From: Cyanophora paradoxa CCMP329 | Taxonomy: Eukaryota; Plantae; Glaucophyta | Direction of reading: 5' to 3' | Assembly: GCA_004431415.1 (NCBI GenBank) | Contig: QPMI01000022.1 | Span: 248,001 to 312,000 of the forward strand | Length of the DNA: 64,000 nucleotides | Shown: one piece after another, positions 27,701 to 40,098 of the stretch | Numbering within the stretch: the stretch's first letter is position 1 | Layout of the letters: every line of letters begins with the position of its first letter | Translations under genes and position numbers: made by a program | Notes under the pieces: model-generated | What the model was told of the DNA's origin: nothing | Seen by the model: only the letters and a program-made list of their open reading frames with translations | Databases searched by the model: none

Positions 27701-30700
27701 CGCGCGCGCGTCGCCCGCGAAGGCCGCCACGAGGCCGGCCTCCGCCGCCGTGAAGTCCTGCCCCCCGCCCCCGCCCCGCCCCTCAGGCCCGCCCCAAAGA
27801 AACCCGAGCCGAGGCGCAGGGCGGGGTCGCCACCTGGATCTCGTCCACGTACGCCTCGTGCACGGCTGGCCCGCGGTAGCCGCCCGCCCGCAGCCGCCGG
27901 AACGCGTGATGCACGACGTCCTGCCCGGCGGCCCCGCCGCTCGGCACAGGATTCTGAGGCGGGGCGGGGCCGGGGCGGACCATGTGGTCGAAGAGGGGGC
28001 CGCCGGGGTGGGCGTGCCGCGGGCTCCGCTTCAGCTGCTCGTAGCGCGCGTGGGCGGCGTACACCGCCCGCCGCTGCCCCTCGTCCAGCGTCGACCTGCC
28101 GCCCCAATGTGTGCTGCCGCCCCGGGCGGGGCCGGTGCGGGACGGCGAGGGGCGCACTGCATGCGGCCGAGCTCGAGGTACTGCGCCTCAGAGAGGCAGC
28201 CGTCGGGGGACAGGAGCGCGTCCAGGCTCCCCCTGCGGCCCCGCGCCGGCCCCGTCGGTCGGCGCGTGCCGCGGGGCGGGGCCCGGCCGAGCCGGCAGGC
28301 ACCGGATGTGGGAGACGATGTCGAGCCACGCGGCGTCGCTGCCGATCGCCCGCAGCTCGTCGCGCCCCGCCGTGCACAGCTCCGGCCACAGCTCCGCCTG
28401 GAACCGCGCCGCCGTCACCAGCCGCTGCCGCCCGCGTCAGCACCGGCGTCAGAGGCCGCGACCAGCGCGGGCCGGCCCCTCGCACCTCGCCTTCGTTCGT
28501 CAGGTCGAACGGCCGGTCCAGAGCGCCGTTCAGCAGCCGGAGGAACCGGTCTCGCGTCACTGCGCGGCCGCCGCCGGTCGGAGTCCAACCGCAGGAGAGA
28601 GCACCGGAGCCCGCACCGAAGAGGGGGAAAGACGCCTCGTCGAGCTCCGCCAGCGACGCGGCGGCGGCGGCGGCGAGGGCGTCGTCGTCGGCGCCCATCC
28701 CGTCCACCTCCTCGTCCTGCGCCGAGGTCGGCGGACGGGCCGAGGCGGCTCGAGAGCGCTTCGGGCACCGCCGTAGCCGCCGCGTCGCGAGTGACGACCG
28801 CGCGCATCGATGCGCCCTCCGCCCGCCGCTGCGCTGGCGGCGTCAACGACCGCAGACGCAGGAAGGATGAGGGGAGGGGGAGGGAGGAGGGGAGGGAGGG
28901 GAAGGGGGAAGCGGGGGCGGGGGGGTAGAGGGTGGGTTTGGGACGGGGTAGGAGGAGGGGGGTAGGGACGGTATGTGGAAGGGGAGGGAGAGAAGGGGGA
29001 CAGACCGGGCAGGGTCGGGAGAGGGGGGGGGGGGGGGTGGACGGCGAGGACGGCACGGATGGGCGGAATAGGGTGGCGGGAGGTAGGGATGCGGGACGGG
29101 GTGGGTTGGAAGCGGGGGTGGGGAGGGTGGGGCGCGGAGGGGTAGGGGGTATATGGGCGAGGTGGGGCGGGATAGGGGGAAGGGGGTGATACTAAGCGCG
29201 TGAAGAAGGGGAAAGTATTGGGGGAGGAAGGGGGGGCGGTGTTTGAAGAGGGGGGACGGGGGAGGGGACAGGGCGGCGGGGGGGAGGGGGGATACACGAG
29301 TGGGCGGAACAGGGGGCGGGGAGGGGGAAAACGAGCGGGGCGGAATAAGGGGGGGGGGGGAGAAGGGGGAGCGCGGGATGGGGGGCGGGGCGGGGAGCGA
29401 GGCGGGACGCGGGCGCGGGCGCGGGGGTAGGGAGGGCAAAGGGGAGGGGGATGGGGGGAGCTCTGGGGAGGGGTAGGCGCACCAGCCTGCAGAAGGCGGC
29501 GCGGACCTCGCGGCAGAGCGCGGCGCTCGCGGCGAGGAAGACCGAACGGTAGTGCCCGTCGCGCGAGAGCAGCCGCGCCCCGCGCGAGCGGCCCCAGTAG
29601 GCGCGGTGCCCCGCCCACAGCCTGCGCCCCGCGGCCTCCGGTTCAGAGGGGCGGCGATGGCTTCGAGCGCGCGGCGGGGCGGGCACCGGAGGGCGGCGCA
29701 GGAGGTCTTGCCGGTGCCGGGCCGCCCGTTGACGAGGCAGGGCCAGGCGGCGCCCACGGCGCCCCGCTGCTCCCGCGCGGCGATCTCGTTCGGGAAGTCC
29801 GCACCGCCCGCCAGCGGCAGCAGCGCCACCGCCGCCGCCTCCGCCCGCACCTCCGCCAGCGTCTGCTGGTCTGCGCCCCGCGGCGTCAGATCCCGACCCC
29901 ACTCCCCTGGGCCCGCGCAGCCGTCCGACGCACCCGCCTCGCGGCTCCGGGTCCGCCGCTCGCCCGCAGGCTCGCCGGCTGCGGCCGGCGCGGCCTCGTC
30001 GGGTACAGGGACGCGGCGACGAGGTAGCGGCGCCGGGGGCGGAGGGCGGCAGGTCCCCAGCGAACTCGCGCGGCAGCCGCGCGCCGCCGGCGTCGACGGG
30101 CCGCGGCGCCGGCGGCAGCTCCAGCGGCGGCCGCCCCTGTATCTTCCCTTCGATGTAGCGGATCCGCTCCTCCGTCCCGTCGTGGCTGAAGACGCCCCTG
30201 CGCGCGCCCCCGCGGGCCCGTGGGCGTGGGCGGGGCGCTGGGGACGGGCGCCCCGCGGGCCCCGCACCAGAGCAGGATTTGATCGCGCACGCGTCCGTCC
30301 CGCTCCGAGACGCCGACCACCTGCCGCCCCGTCAGGCGCGGCCTTCAGCGGCAGGCGCGCGGGGCCGCGGGCGCGCCTCCTCCCACAGGGCGCGCCAGCC
30401 GCGGGCGCAGAGGTACGACTCGAAGAGCTGCGCCTGCGGCGCTTGCTGCGCCCGTCGCTCAGCGCCGGCGGGGCCCCGGTCCGGGCGCGTAAGCTGCAGC
30501 TGCAGCTGCCACGAACGCACCGAGAGGGCGAGCCGCTTCGAGAGGCGCGCGCCGCGCTGGCCGCTGGCGATGCGGATCAGCTTGCGCAGCACGTCCCGCC
30601 GCAGCACCGCGTCCAGGCCCTTCCTCGCGCGCCACTGCCGCCACGCGCAGTCCGACACGACCAACTCCTTGCGCGCGCGCCGCGTGAGCGCTGGCGGAGC

Positions 30701-31064
30701 AGCGACAACGCTACCAGACGATCTCGCACCAGGCGCATTCGTTCCGCAGCCGATCGAGGAGCCGCGCCTCGTCTGTCCCATCGTCGCGATCGGCCGCGGG
30801 CTCCGCCGCGTCTGCGGTTGTGTCCGGTTCCGCGCCAGGCTCTGCACGCCCGCTTAGGGCGAGCTTGCTCGCCGACGTACGCGCGCTCGCACCGCCATCG
30901 ATATCGGACGCGTCGACGTCGCTGGTTGCCAGGTCAAGATCGATCGCACCCGGCCCGACGCCCGCGTAGAGTGGCTGCGGGAGCTCGATGCGACCAGCAG
31001 CGAGAGCCGCCTCCGCGCGCTCGGTAGGCAGCGGTAATGGAGCGCCAGCTCCCCGCGCAGCCAT
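21783..31064 (-). CDS. TRANK1/LBA1-like SF1 (UvrD-type) helicase, apparently fused to a C-terminal parallel beta-helix, Zn ribbons and TM helices
   Basis: Walker A GRPGTGKT (about 29704-29727), YVDEIQ|DFT, SGDSAQAI..GVSFRFSDL, LTQ|NYRSHAGI, VLTVEEAKGLEFDAVLL, ELRLLYTAVTRAR. TPR-like AASLLEQAGELLRAAKIY. Then VVGSAEELHAML..IGLRPGRY and PbH1-like repeats (LSNNVL, FEANEI, ISNYI, VDGNRI, VRQNLV, VENYL), CxxC pairs and hydrophobic segments. The helicase call is firm; joining it to the 3' part is my splice inference. Confidence 0.65.
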
Positions 31065-31252
31065 GCGGTCGACTTGGCAGCGGTTTGTGCCACCGCTTTA
31101 GATCGGCATATGTGCGCTCTATTCGCTCTTCGCGCAGCCGCTGCGATGCGGAGAAGCCAGCGAAGGTAGGCCGCTTCCAATTCACGTACGCCTGCGCAGC
31201 GCACCCCCCTCTTCGTTTTTAATTTGATTTGATTGCCCCGTCTCCACGGGAG

Positions 31253-34162
31253 ATGGCGCCCAGAGCTACGAAGCGCGGACGCGAAGATGACTCAGCGGAC
31301 AACGGCAGCTCCAGCACGCGCGCCCGGCTCAGTGGCGCGGCCTCACAGCCGCCGGCCGCGGCCGCGCCGGAAGAGAGCTGCCCCATTATCGCGCTCCCCG
31401 ACGAGCTGCTTCTTCGCATCCTGTTCCTGGCAGCGCGGCGGAAGTGGTGGAGCCAGCCTGCCTGCGCGGGTATGTCTCAGCTCGACCTCCGCGAGAACGC
31501 TCCCGACGCCCGCCCCGAGCTCCTGCAGCGGTTTCGCGCCGTTTGTCGTCGTTTTCGTTCTCTTTGCGAGGACCCCAGGGCATGGGAGCGGGTCGCGCTG
31601 TGGAATCCGTGCCCGGACGACTTGGAGGCGCGCCGGCGCTAGCGCTGCTGCGGGCGCCGGAGGCGGCGCGAGCAGGTGCACATGTACAGCAGCTCGATCG
31701 ACGTTGACCCTGCGGTGTTTTCAAGTTTGGTGCCTGCGGGCGTGCTTTCCGCGCCTCCCGCCGCTCGCGCCGGCGGCGTTCTCCGAGCTGCGCTCGCTCT
31801 AGATCTCCCTCCGCGCGGCCGAGGGGCACGTGCACCCTCTTTCCGACGCCCGACCTCTCCGGGTGCGCCGCCCCTCCATTCCTTGCCTGGGCGTTTTCCT
31901 CTTCTGAAGTCCCGCAGGCTGCCGATCGCACTGGAGCACCTCGAGAGCCTGCGCGGCCTCGCGCCCACCCTCCGAGCCCTCAGCGTCGATCTCTGCCCCG
32001 AGCAGTCTTCCTACGTATACTATTTCGTGGGGGTCCAGCCCCTCCAGTTTCTACCCCGTTTGTACCTCACTTCGCCGATCCGATGATCCGAAGAATTTCG
32101 AGCCCGTCTCGTACTTCACAGTGCTCTCCGACTTTCGGGGTACGGTGTACCTCCTCCTCTCCCCACCCCCCGCCCCCGCAGCTCTGCTCTCAACTGCTGT
32201 CGCTGTCATCCGTCCAACCTCGTACCCTCGGCAGCCCTCGAGCGGCTTCGGGTCGAGTTCTGGCGTACCCCGCCCTCGAGGTTCAGTCCCTCCCATGACG
32301 TCACGCTCGATCTCACGTCATGTCGTGCAGGGATGGTTCGGAGGCGACATACAGGCTCGCTCCGGAGCCTCTGGCGCCCTCGCTCCCACCCTGACGCCGC
32401 TGGCTGACGGGGCCGGCCCGCAACCCGTTCAAGCACTGGCCCCGCGTCACGCGCGACGCCGCGGCGCCCCTCGCGCGCCTCACGTCCATGCGCGGTGCGC
32501 CTCGCGGGCTGGCGGCTCCCGCCTGGCGTTGAGCATCTCCCCGCTCCCCCCCCCCCTTCACCCCCCCCGCGCCCCCCCCCCCCTTCCCTCCTCCCCCTCC
32601 CCCGCCCCTTCCCTTTCACACTCTTCTCACACTTCTTCCCCGCCCTCCCCCCTCTCCCGCCCCTCCCCCTCCCCCCACCCTTCCCCTCCCCTCAGCACTC
32701 GAGGTCGGGGGCGACTTCGAGTGGATCGGGTTCCTCCCCTCCCTGAGTCGCCTCGAGGCCCGCCCGCCCGACGCTCCCCGCCCCCCCCCTTCGCTCCCAG
32801 CTCACGTACCCCCCGCAGCACGTGACACTGAACCTGCGGAGCGAGGCGGACACAGCGCCCCTTGCCGCCCTCGCCCCCACCCTCCGCTCCCTCGTACTCG
32901 TCCAGGCACGCCCCCTGTGTACCCCCCACTTTCCTTCGTCCCGTCGTCGAATCGCGTACCCCGCAGAACGCGCAGGATCCGGCCGCCCTATGCTCCGTCA
33001 TCCGCCGTCTCTGCGGCCTGCAGGCCCGCGCCCGATTCCCCACGCCTGTACCCCCTCCCCCACTGTCTCCCCGTGATCCATGCCCTTCGCAGGCGCTCGA
33101 CTTGAATGTACCCCCGCGCTGCTTCGAGCAGCTCGCGGCCGAGCCCCTCACTTGGTAATCGCGTACCCGGCCGGCCCCCTTCCCTCCCTTCTACCCCCTC
33201 TCTCACCCCCCCGGGCAGCTGGCCGGAGCTTGAGGTGCTGCAGCTCGCCTGCTACCCCAACGAGAAGAACAGCATACCCGCCGGCCTCCTTCAGGTCTGT
33301 CTGGGCCCCAATGTCCCTTGCACTTAATGTCCGCGCCCGACGCCCCCGCAGCGGCTGGGGACCGACACGCGGGCGCTGCGGCGGCTGACGCTTGGCTCGC
33401 CCCTCCCGTCGGACCCCGCCCTCCTAGGCCTCGCCTCCGCCCTCGGGCCCCCGCGCTGGGCCGGCCTCCGCGCCCTAATCCTCAGCGACGCCGCCGAGGA
33501 TCAGGCACGTCCGTCCACCCGCGCCCGCCCATCTACTTTGAGGCCGCTGAGCGGAGCGGCGGCGCAGTACTTCGCGGACGGCTCTCCCTTGAGCGAACTT
33601 GCGGCGAGGTGCGCTCAAGCTCGGCCTCGGGCCGGGCCGGGCCGGGGCTGCGATGGGCGGCCAAAGCGTAGCCCCTTAGACCCCTCGCGAGGGCCGGCCT
33701 CGGCCCCGGCCTCGGCCTCGGGGGTGCGCTCGAGCTCGGCCTGCAGTGCGGATTTTACGAGAAGACAACTCTTTAAAAGTTGACATGCAGAATATCGAGC
33801 GATCGAAGATAATTATATAAGAGTTTAGATCATTCCAAAAGATTAAGAGCTTAGGGCGATCTCGAGGCGAGGCGCACTAGCTGCAGAAGCCCGGCCCCCG
33901 GCTCCTTAGACCCTTGGCGCTGGCACGGCGCTTAGCTCCTTAGACCCCTGGCGCTGGCTCGGCGACGCTCTCAATTTCGCAAGAGTCTGATGGGTTCTGC
34001 CTGCAGGCTTTTCTGTCGGCGGCGAAAGTCGCGCTGGGGCTTGAGGCGGAAACCTCGAGCGGCGACGAGAGCGGCGAGAGCGCAATGAGAAGAGCCCGGA
34101 GAGGGCGACAGCTGGACTCCGGCGCTACTCGGCTACTCGGCTACTGGACTCCCTATATATAG
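31253..34162 (+). CDS. F-box protein with leucine-rich-repeat-like C-terminal region; 3' end uncertain
   Basis: F-box IIALPDELLLRILF..FRAVCRRFRSLCEDPRAWERV. Repeated L..LAPTLR.L.L segments and WPELEVLQL. Divergent from the helicase gene (ATGs at 31064 and 31253). Confidence 0.65.
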
Positions 34163-34460
34163 CTAGCAGCGGCTACTCGATAATAATATTAATTATAGAA
34201 GTGTACTTCCGGGCGCCGCCGGATCTCGGCCGCTGCGCCCCTCGAGCTATCCGCGGGGGGGGGGGGGGGCGGGGGGGGTAGGGGTGGTGGGGAGGGGGAG
34301 GAGGAGGCCTGTAGGGGGAAAGGAAGGGAGGGGGGAGGAGGAGGTGGGGAAGGGGGGGGATCCGGAGGAGCTCGGCGGCTGGCCATTGTCTGCGGCGTTC
34401 TGCGCGGCAGCGCCGCCGCCGGCGTGCCGGGGGGCCCCGGGGGCTACAGCTCGGCTGCCG
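34160..34460 (-). pseudogene. Decayed fragment of the 3' end of the NPHP3-like gene
   Basis: agctagcagcggctactcgat is identical to the stop region at about 43142-43162. Remnant peptides AAAQNAAD and AAEIRR match the last two exons. The frame is disrupted. Confidence 0.65.
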
Positions 34461-34842
34461 CATGGCCTCGCTGGAGAGTTCAAGTACTAGTATACGTACG
34501 ACCCGCTGCGGAAAACGGATTAAATTGCACATGCGGTCCCCCGGGCCCTGCGCTTGCTTAACTTCGAATTCGAAATGCACTTCAGCTTCCCTCAACTTTA
34601 AATTGGAGTTCCGAATTGAAGCGCTGCCTCGCTGACGGCAACCGTAATATAAGCTTCAGCCACACGATTGCGATTGCTTGAGCGAGATGAGCATTAGTAT
34701 TACTCTAAATTCTATACTGTGGGGGCCTCAAAAACTGATCCTGCAGGCTGCAAGATGAAGCAGATCAATCACGAAATCCGCGATCGCGCCGCGGTACTCC
34801 GGTTCCTTTAATCGAGAGATTTTTTATTTAACGGCGCTAGCG

Positions 34843-37800
34843 TTATGCAAATGCCGAAGCTACGATGGCGCATGCAAGCGCCGCGAAGATACCAGTGCCC
34901 CACAAAGAGCGCGAGTATACGTAGGTCGAAATGCTTGAGGAGAGCAAGGGCCTGCGAAAAGAGAGCGTCATCGGTACCTTGACAGGTTTTAGTAAAGTAT
35001 TAATTTGACCGTCGGACTCACATATAATAACGCATTGAGGATGCAGTCGAGCTCGTGACCCATTTGAACGACTGCTCGAACAATAAGCAATCGGCGTCAG
35101 TCCCAGTCCCAGTCGTTCGGGCAAGCTATTAATTTCAGCTGCAGTGACAAACGAACGTTGGCGAGAGTGAAGGTCTGCCGAGAGCGAAAAGAGGACATGT
35201 ACAGTGAGCGCCAGCATCAATAATTATATATAAATATATAATATCGAACGTTAACGCAGGTACCTGGAATGCGTTGTTGACGCTGTTGATCTGCAGGCCG
35301 TAACCAGCGTTCTCTGAGAACTGCAGGAGGCTTCGAGTTCGCGATCGGTTCGTTTGCTGGTTGCATTTGGCAAGCTCGGGGACAACTGCTCGCGAATACG
35401 TTTGCGAAGTGCCCGGAAGGCCAACGAGCTCGAGTATGCTTAATTATATAAATGCGCACGGAAGGCGATTTCTGTGCTGGAAACGACGCGCGGGTTCAGG
35501 GCGGCGCAGGTCGCCCCAGTCGACGACAGAATGAGGATGGTGATGTTCTCGCCCTCCGGGAAGCCAACGCCTAAGATCGAAACTTCTCCTCCCATCTGCG
35601 CGCACGTTGTTGTGAGCCACCCCCGTCTGAGATTCAGAATATACACATATACAAGCGTGTGCGAACAGGAGAGGCTTGGATGACAGGCCCCGCCAGGGTC
35701 GCGGTGTTGGTTTCTTCGTCGAACTTGAGCGCCACACCGGACGCATCGGTGCCGACGCCCTGGAAAATGATCCGCGTGATGTTGATTATCTGAGAGGATA
35801 TTGGGCGTCATACACAAATATATATTAACATTAACAAGGAACTCTTTCGGTCATCGGATCTGAATTAATTCACGATTGGACCTTATGAATGGCGGGGATG
35901 GGCTTGGCAGTCGGCGTGGGGCTCGGCGACGGCGAAGGGCTAGGGCTAGGCGACGGGCTCGGGCTCGGCGATGCGCTCGGGCTCGGGCTCGGGCTCGGGC
36001 TGGGCGACGGGTTCGGGCTCGGGCTGGGCGACGGGCTCGGGCTGGGCGACGGGCTCGGGCTCGGGCTCGGGGTCGGGCTGGGCGAGGGCGTCGCGATCGT
36101 TACGACCACGTTGGGCACAGGAGCCAATGCTGTGCAATCAACTGGTGTCGTCGGGGCGTCGCACGCGACGTCCACTGCGCCGCGTCGATCGCGATAATTA
36201 TAACATGCATGTACAGCGCCAAAAGCAAAATCAATCATGATCAATCTCGGTGGACTAATTATAAACCCCAGCACCTCAATCTCAAAGCTAGAAGGCAACT
36301 CACCGCCCTCCATGTCGACGCGCCAAAGTGTGTCTTGGTTGACGCCGGAGGAAATCCTTCCACCCCAGAGATACGCCGAGGTCGTGCCAGAGAAATGGGC
36401 TGCGGCCCCTGCTACAGTTGTATTGAACACGTCTCCGTTGACGCACAGCTTTTGCCATTGGTTTGCCGCTGGGCAGTCTGCGAAGATTGAGAGAGTCTTC
36501 GCAACAAGCTTCCGAGGAAGGAGAGAATATATGTATATTATTATTCTAGAGACGCCGACGCATGCGCACGCGATTTGAAAACCCATGCGTCGGTCTGAGT
36601 AGTCCAGACCATCGGAACCTGTCCTCCAAGAACCACCTGCCGCAAAGCGAATGGTAGCGCTCTCAGAGATCTGGAGTGCGAGAATTGAGTCGGTTAGAAA
36701 CCTCCCTTCGCGAACCCACACGGGGGTGGAGCCCACGTTCACTGTCCAGGACCTATTCATTCGAAAGTTTGGCCCGAGCTCGAGATTGAAAGTGTATAAT
36801 TATAAGGAATTGCGCTGCAAAAAGCCTACTCACCAACCATTGACTCTTGTGGGCGGAATACCATAGCCCGAGTAGGTTGCATCTCCGACGAAAGTGATGG
36901 TCGGGGTGGCCGCGCTTAGGTCGATGTATCTATTATTTCATGAGATCCGTACGTATATATCCATCAGTACGCATATATAGAGTCTGGCATATCTGCGAGT
37001 TACGCATTTAACTTTGCGAATAGAAATTACCCGAATCTAGTGCCGGTGGAATCGGCAGTGCTCCACCCTCCAAACACATACCTGCCAGCGTCGGAATCGT
37101 AAACGCGCGGTACTAGTGCGTGCGCATAATAATTATAATATATATGTGCATGTAAAGTCGAATGTGCAGCTCGTACAATTTGCTTCCCAGCAGAGTGCAC
37201 AAAGGCCCTTCTGCACGATTCGGGTCGCGGGATCCGTCGCTGATCAAAGTGGTCCAGGTGTTCGTGGCGAGATTGAAGCGGAGCAAATCTGCCGGAATGC
37301 GTACATACATCTGTTATAATTAAGTGCACGCAAAGCGCATCCCAGATGCCATGATGCTAGCGCTATTTATAATACCTACGGGTCCGGTTGGGGGGGGGGG
37401 GGGGGGGTGCACGTGGGGTGGGTGGGGTGGGGTGGGGGGGTGGGGCCACCGTACTCTCTTAAAAGCAATATTTGTAATTGAACTTGAGCTTATAATGATA
37501 TATAAGACTCTGAGATTTAATTCAAAACGCTAACCATTCCGGGGGCCTGCACTTGTCAAGCCACCGTAAACGTATAGCGCGTTGCTGTAGTACACCTGCC
37601 GCAAGCGCAGCGCAGCCCCGGCACCACATGTTTACGCCTCAATGACTTGCAGCGCCGGGCATTTTGCATGCGCACCATGCAATGCCTAGCCCTTGAGGTT
37701 CCTGCACTGTTGATATCCGATGCTGTCACTTGTTCCAGATCTGCGCTTGATCGGAATTTATTAATTGTCATTTAATGACTTGCCGTGCGGGCTGATGATC

Positions 37801-38722
37801 ATGATCAATTGCAACGCGCCGAATTTCGTAATGGTTCCACCACTGGCAGAATGGTCCGTCCCTGGTCCGACGGTCATGTTACGCACCCTGAGTCACAAAC
37901 GCAGGCGCAAGCAAGTTATAAACTAAAGCTGAGCTCCATACCTCCAAAAGTGTACGCGTAGCGAGATCCGTCATAAGCGAGCCACGAATAGCCCTGTCCA
38001 TGTACGCATGGTCAAATACAAAGCCTAAAGGTTCGAATTCATGAAGCTTAAGGTCTAGAGCAGTTTAACGTATATATATATATCGCGTAACGTTGACTCA
38101 CCCGGTCCTCGATGCTAAGACCCGACGGGAAGTTGAGGAACTCCCAAGTGGGAGGGCCTACGGTAGTACACGTCATGATCAGCATTTGCAATTGCAAGCA
38201 CAAGTACTAGTAATTGCAAGCGCACTCGTATCGAGACGAAGTCTCGAGTAGTTACCGGAAGCTGAATCATAGCGACCCTCGAACTTCCCGCCCTGTGCAT
38301 ATGCTGTCAAATTACACGAAACACCGTGGCGCTTGTCAGAACAGGCCGCGGGCATTCCTTCCGAAAGTTCTCCAGGCCAACGCACCACGAAGAGCACACT
38401 CGGAATGCCGCCCACATTCGCTCCAACGGCCTGTACATATGCGTGTGCGTGTTCGAATTCGAATGCAAAGTTCATATCACGGCATATATATATACATATT
38501 TATGTAGATACGTTTACGTAGACATACCTGCTGATAAATGTCCGCGCCGGCTGGCGGCGAGCCAGACACAGGCGGACTTTTCCGAAACGTGAGCTTTCCC
38601 GACGTGAAAGTCGCCGCATGGGCTTCGCGCGCGGCCAGAGAGAGCACTGCAAAGATGCAGATGGCTCTCAAGAGCAACCGGCAGCTACCTCGCCGACCGA
38701 ATTCGAAGCTGCCCATATGCAT
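34843..38722 (-). CDS. Secreted or surface protein: Kelch-like beta-propeller, (Ser-Pro)n stalk, IPT/TIG-like domain, hydrophobic C-terminus; possibly decaying
   Basis: Signal peptide [21 protein letters not shown]. Kelch-like YAYTFGG, ARHCM|[47 protein letters not shown] repeat. IPT-like [19 protein letters not shown]-terminus [16 protein letters not shown]. One junction (about 37890-37940) could not be kept in frame. Confidence 0.6.
35915..36090 (-). repeat. (Pro-Ser)n coding hexamer repeat, extensin-like stalk
   Basis: Tandem GGGCTC/GGCGAC units on the + strand, encoding PSPSPS on the - strand. Confidence 0.9.
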
Positions 38723-39069
38723 CTTTGACCAGTGACGAAGTTGGGCGTCGACTCGCGGTCGGCGATAACTTGATGATAACTGAGCGGGGGCGCCACGGAG
38801 ACGTACGCGTCCGACGTCGACGGTCGACACGTCTCAGAGTCTGGCAGCCGAGCTAGCGCTGCGGGCGCACCGACCTTAAGCTTCGGCGTGTGACTGCCCA
38901 TTAATATTCCCGCCGAATTTCCCGGTAGCCTAGGGGCCATACTATGATAGCTGTAGGCTACCGGTATAGCCTATAGCCACTGTTAGCCAGGCCCATAGCC
39001 AGGGCCATAGCCTGGCCATAGGCCCCGCCGCCCCGGCCCTGGCAACTTGAAATGGCTGGCATATGCATA

Positions 39070-39318
39070 CCGTGTAACACTTAATTAATGCGCCAGTAAT
39101 TAATGCGTTTTTGGACCCCAACCCCTAGTATGGATATTAATGCGGTACCAAATTAATGCGTTTCGAAGCATTTTGGCTGCTGTAGGGGGTACATATAACG
39201 CAGTTTTCTTAGCGTTTCGATATTAATGCGGTCCCAAATTAATGCGTTTTGCCAGCAGAAAACGCATTAATTTGGGACCGCATTACTTAAGTGCGCGCAT
39301 TACTTAAGTGTTACACGG
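39070..39318. mobile_element. MITE-C, pogo/Tc2-like, 249 bp
   Basis: TIR CCGTGTAACACTTAA. TA TSD at 39068-69 and 39319-20. Internal repeats of AATTAATGCG. Confidence 0.88.
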
Positions 39319-39508
39319 TAGGCCGTTAGGGTACTACTATCATAGTATGGTAACTAGGGTTCAAGGGTTCAACGGTTGGCGTCGGTTGCGCATCATGCAT
39401 ATGGCACTGGCATGCCGTCAACTTGCCGACGACGTCCGACGGTCGACTCGGGTCACTCGGCGAGCTCGGCGACTTGCAGGCTGTTGCACTCAGTGACTGT
39501 TGTAGCTA

Positions 39509-39769
39509 CCGTAGGGCACTTAAGTACCGCGGGCACTTAACTAACGCGGTACCAAATTAACGCGCCGAAAGTTTGTTAAAACGCGGTAATTTGGTTCCGC
39601 GGTAATTGACCGCTGAGAGGTCGCCCCGTACAGTACCCCCCAATATTACCGCCCCATACAAGCCTCAGTTTTTTAAAACGCGTTAATTTGGTACCGCGGT
39701 ATTTTGCTCAGAGGAGGGCCATTTTTGAAACCGCGTTAATTAACGCCGCAGTAATTTAGTGCCCGACGG
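39509..39769. mobile_element. MITE-B, pogo/Tc2-like, 261 bp, homologous to MITE-A
   Basis: Imperfect TIR CCGT(A/C)GGGCACT. TA TSD at 39507-08 and 39770-71. Shares the core tacagtaccccccaa.attaccgccccatacaagcct with MITE-A. Confidence 0.85.
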
Positions 39770-39820
39770 TACTCGCTTGCCGCAGTCACTGAGTCACTGA
39801 TGCGGCAGAGGCCATGCGCA

Positions 39821-40098
39821 CTGGAGAGCTAGAAATATTTAGTGGGCTGCATATTTGTAGTACTAAAAGTTTTTAGGCGATCTACCAAATATTTCCCGCC
39901 TGCTAAAGCCGAGAAATCTGAGGGGTAGTCCCATCTCCGCGATACAAAAGCCTTGTCAAGATCTAGATCTAGAGCTCGAGACTCACGATCAAGACTGACC
40001 TACTAAAGTTTTACCAGGTGCTAAAATGGCATTTTTGCAATTGGAAAAGTACCAATATTAATTATTTTCCTGTACTAATAAATTAACTAGTTCTACAG
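39821..40098. mobile_element. Possible degenerate MITE
   Basis: AT-rich block with weak terminal inversion (ctggagagctag..ctagttctacag), TA on the right only, and internal atacaaaagccttgtcaagat resembling the MITE-A core. Confidence 0.35.

Noticed and set aside
26379-31027. Long + strand ORFs of 412-553 aa, and similar Arg/Gly/Pro/Ala-rich ORFs throughout the window
   Set aside because: They are antisense or off-frame shadows of spliced GC-rich genes and contain no domain motifs.
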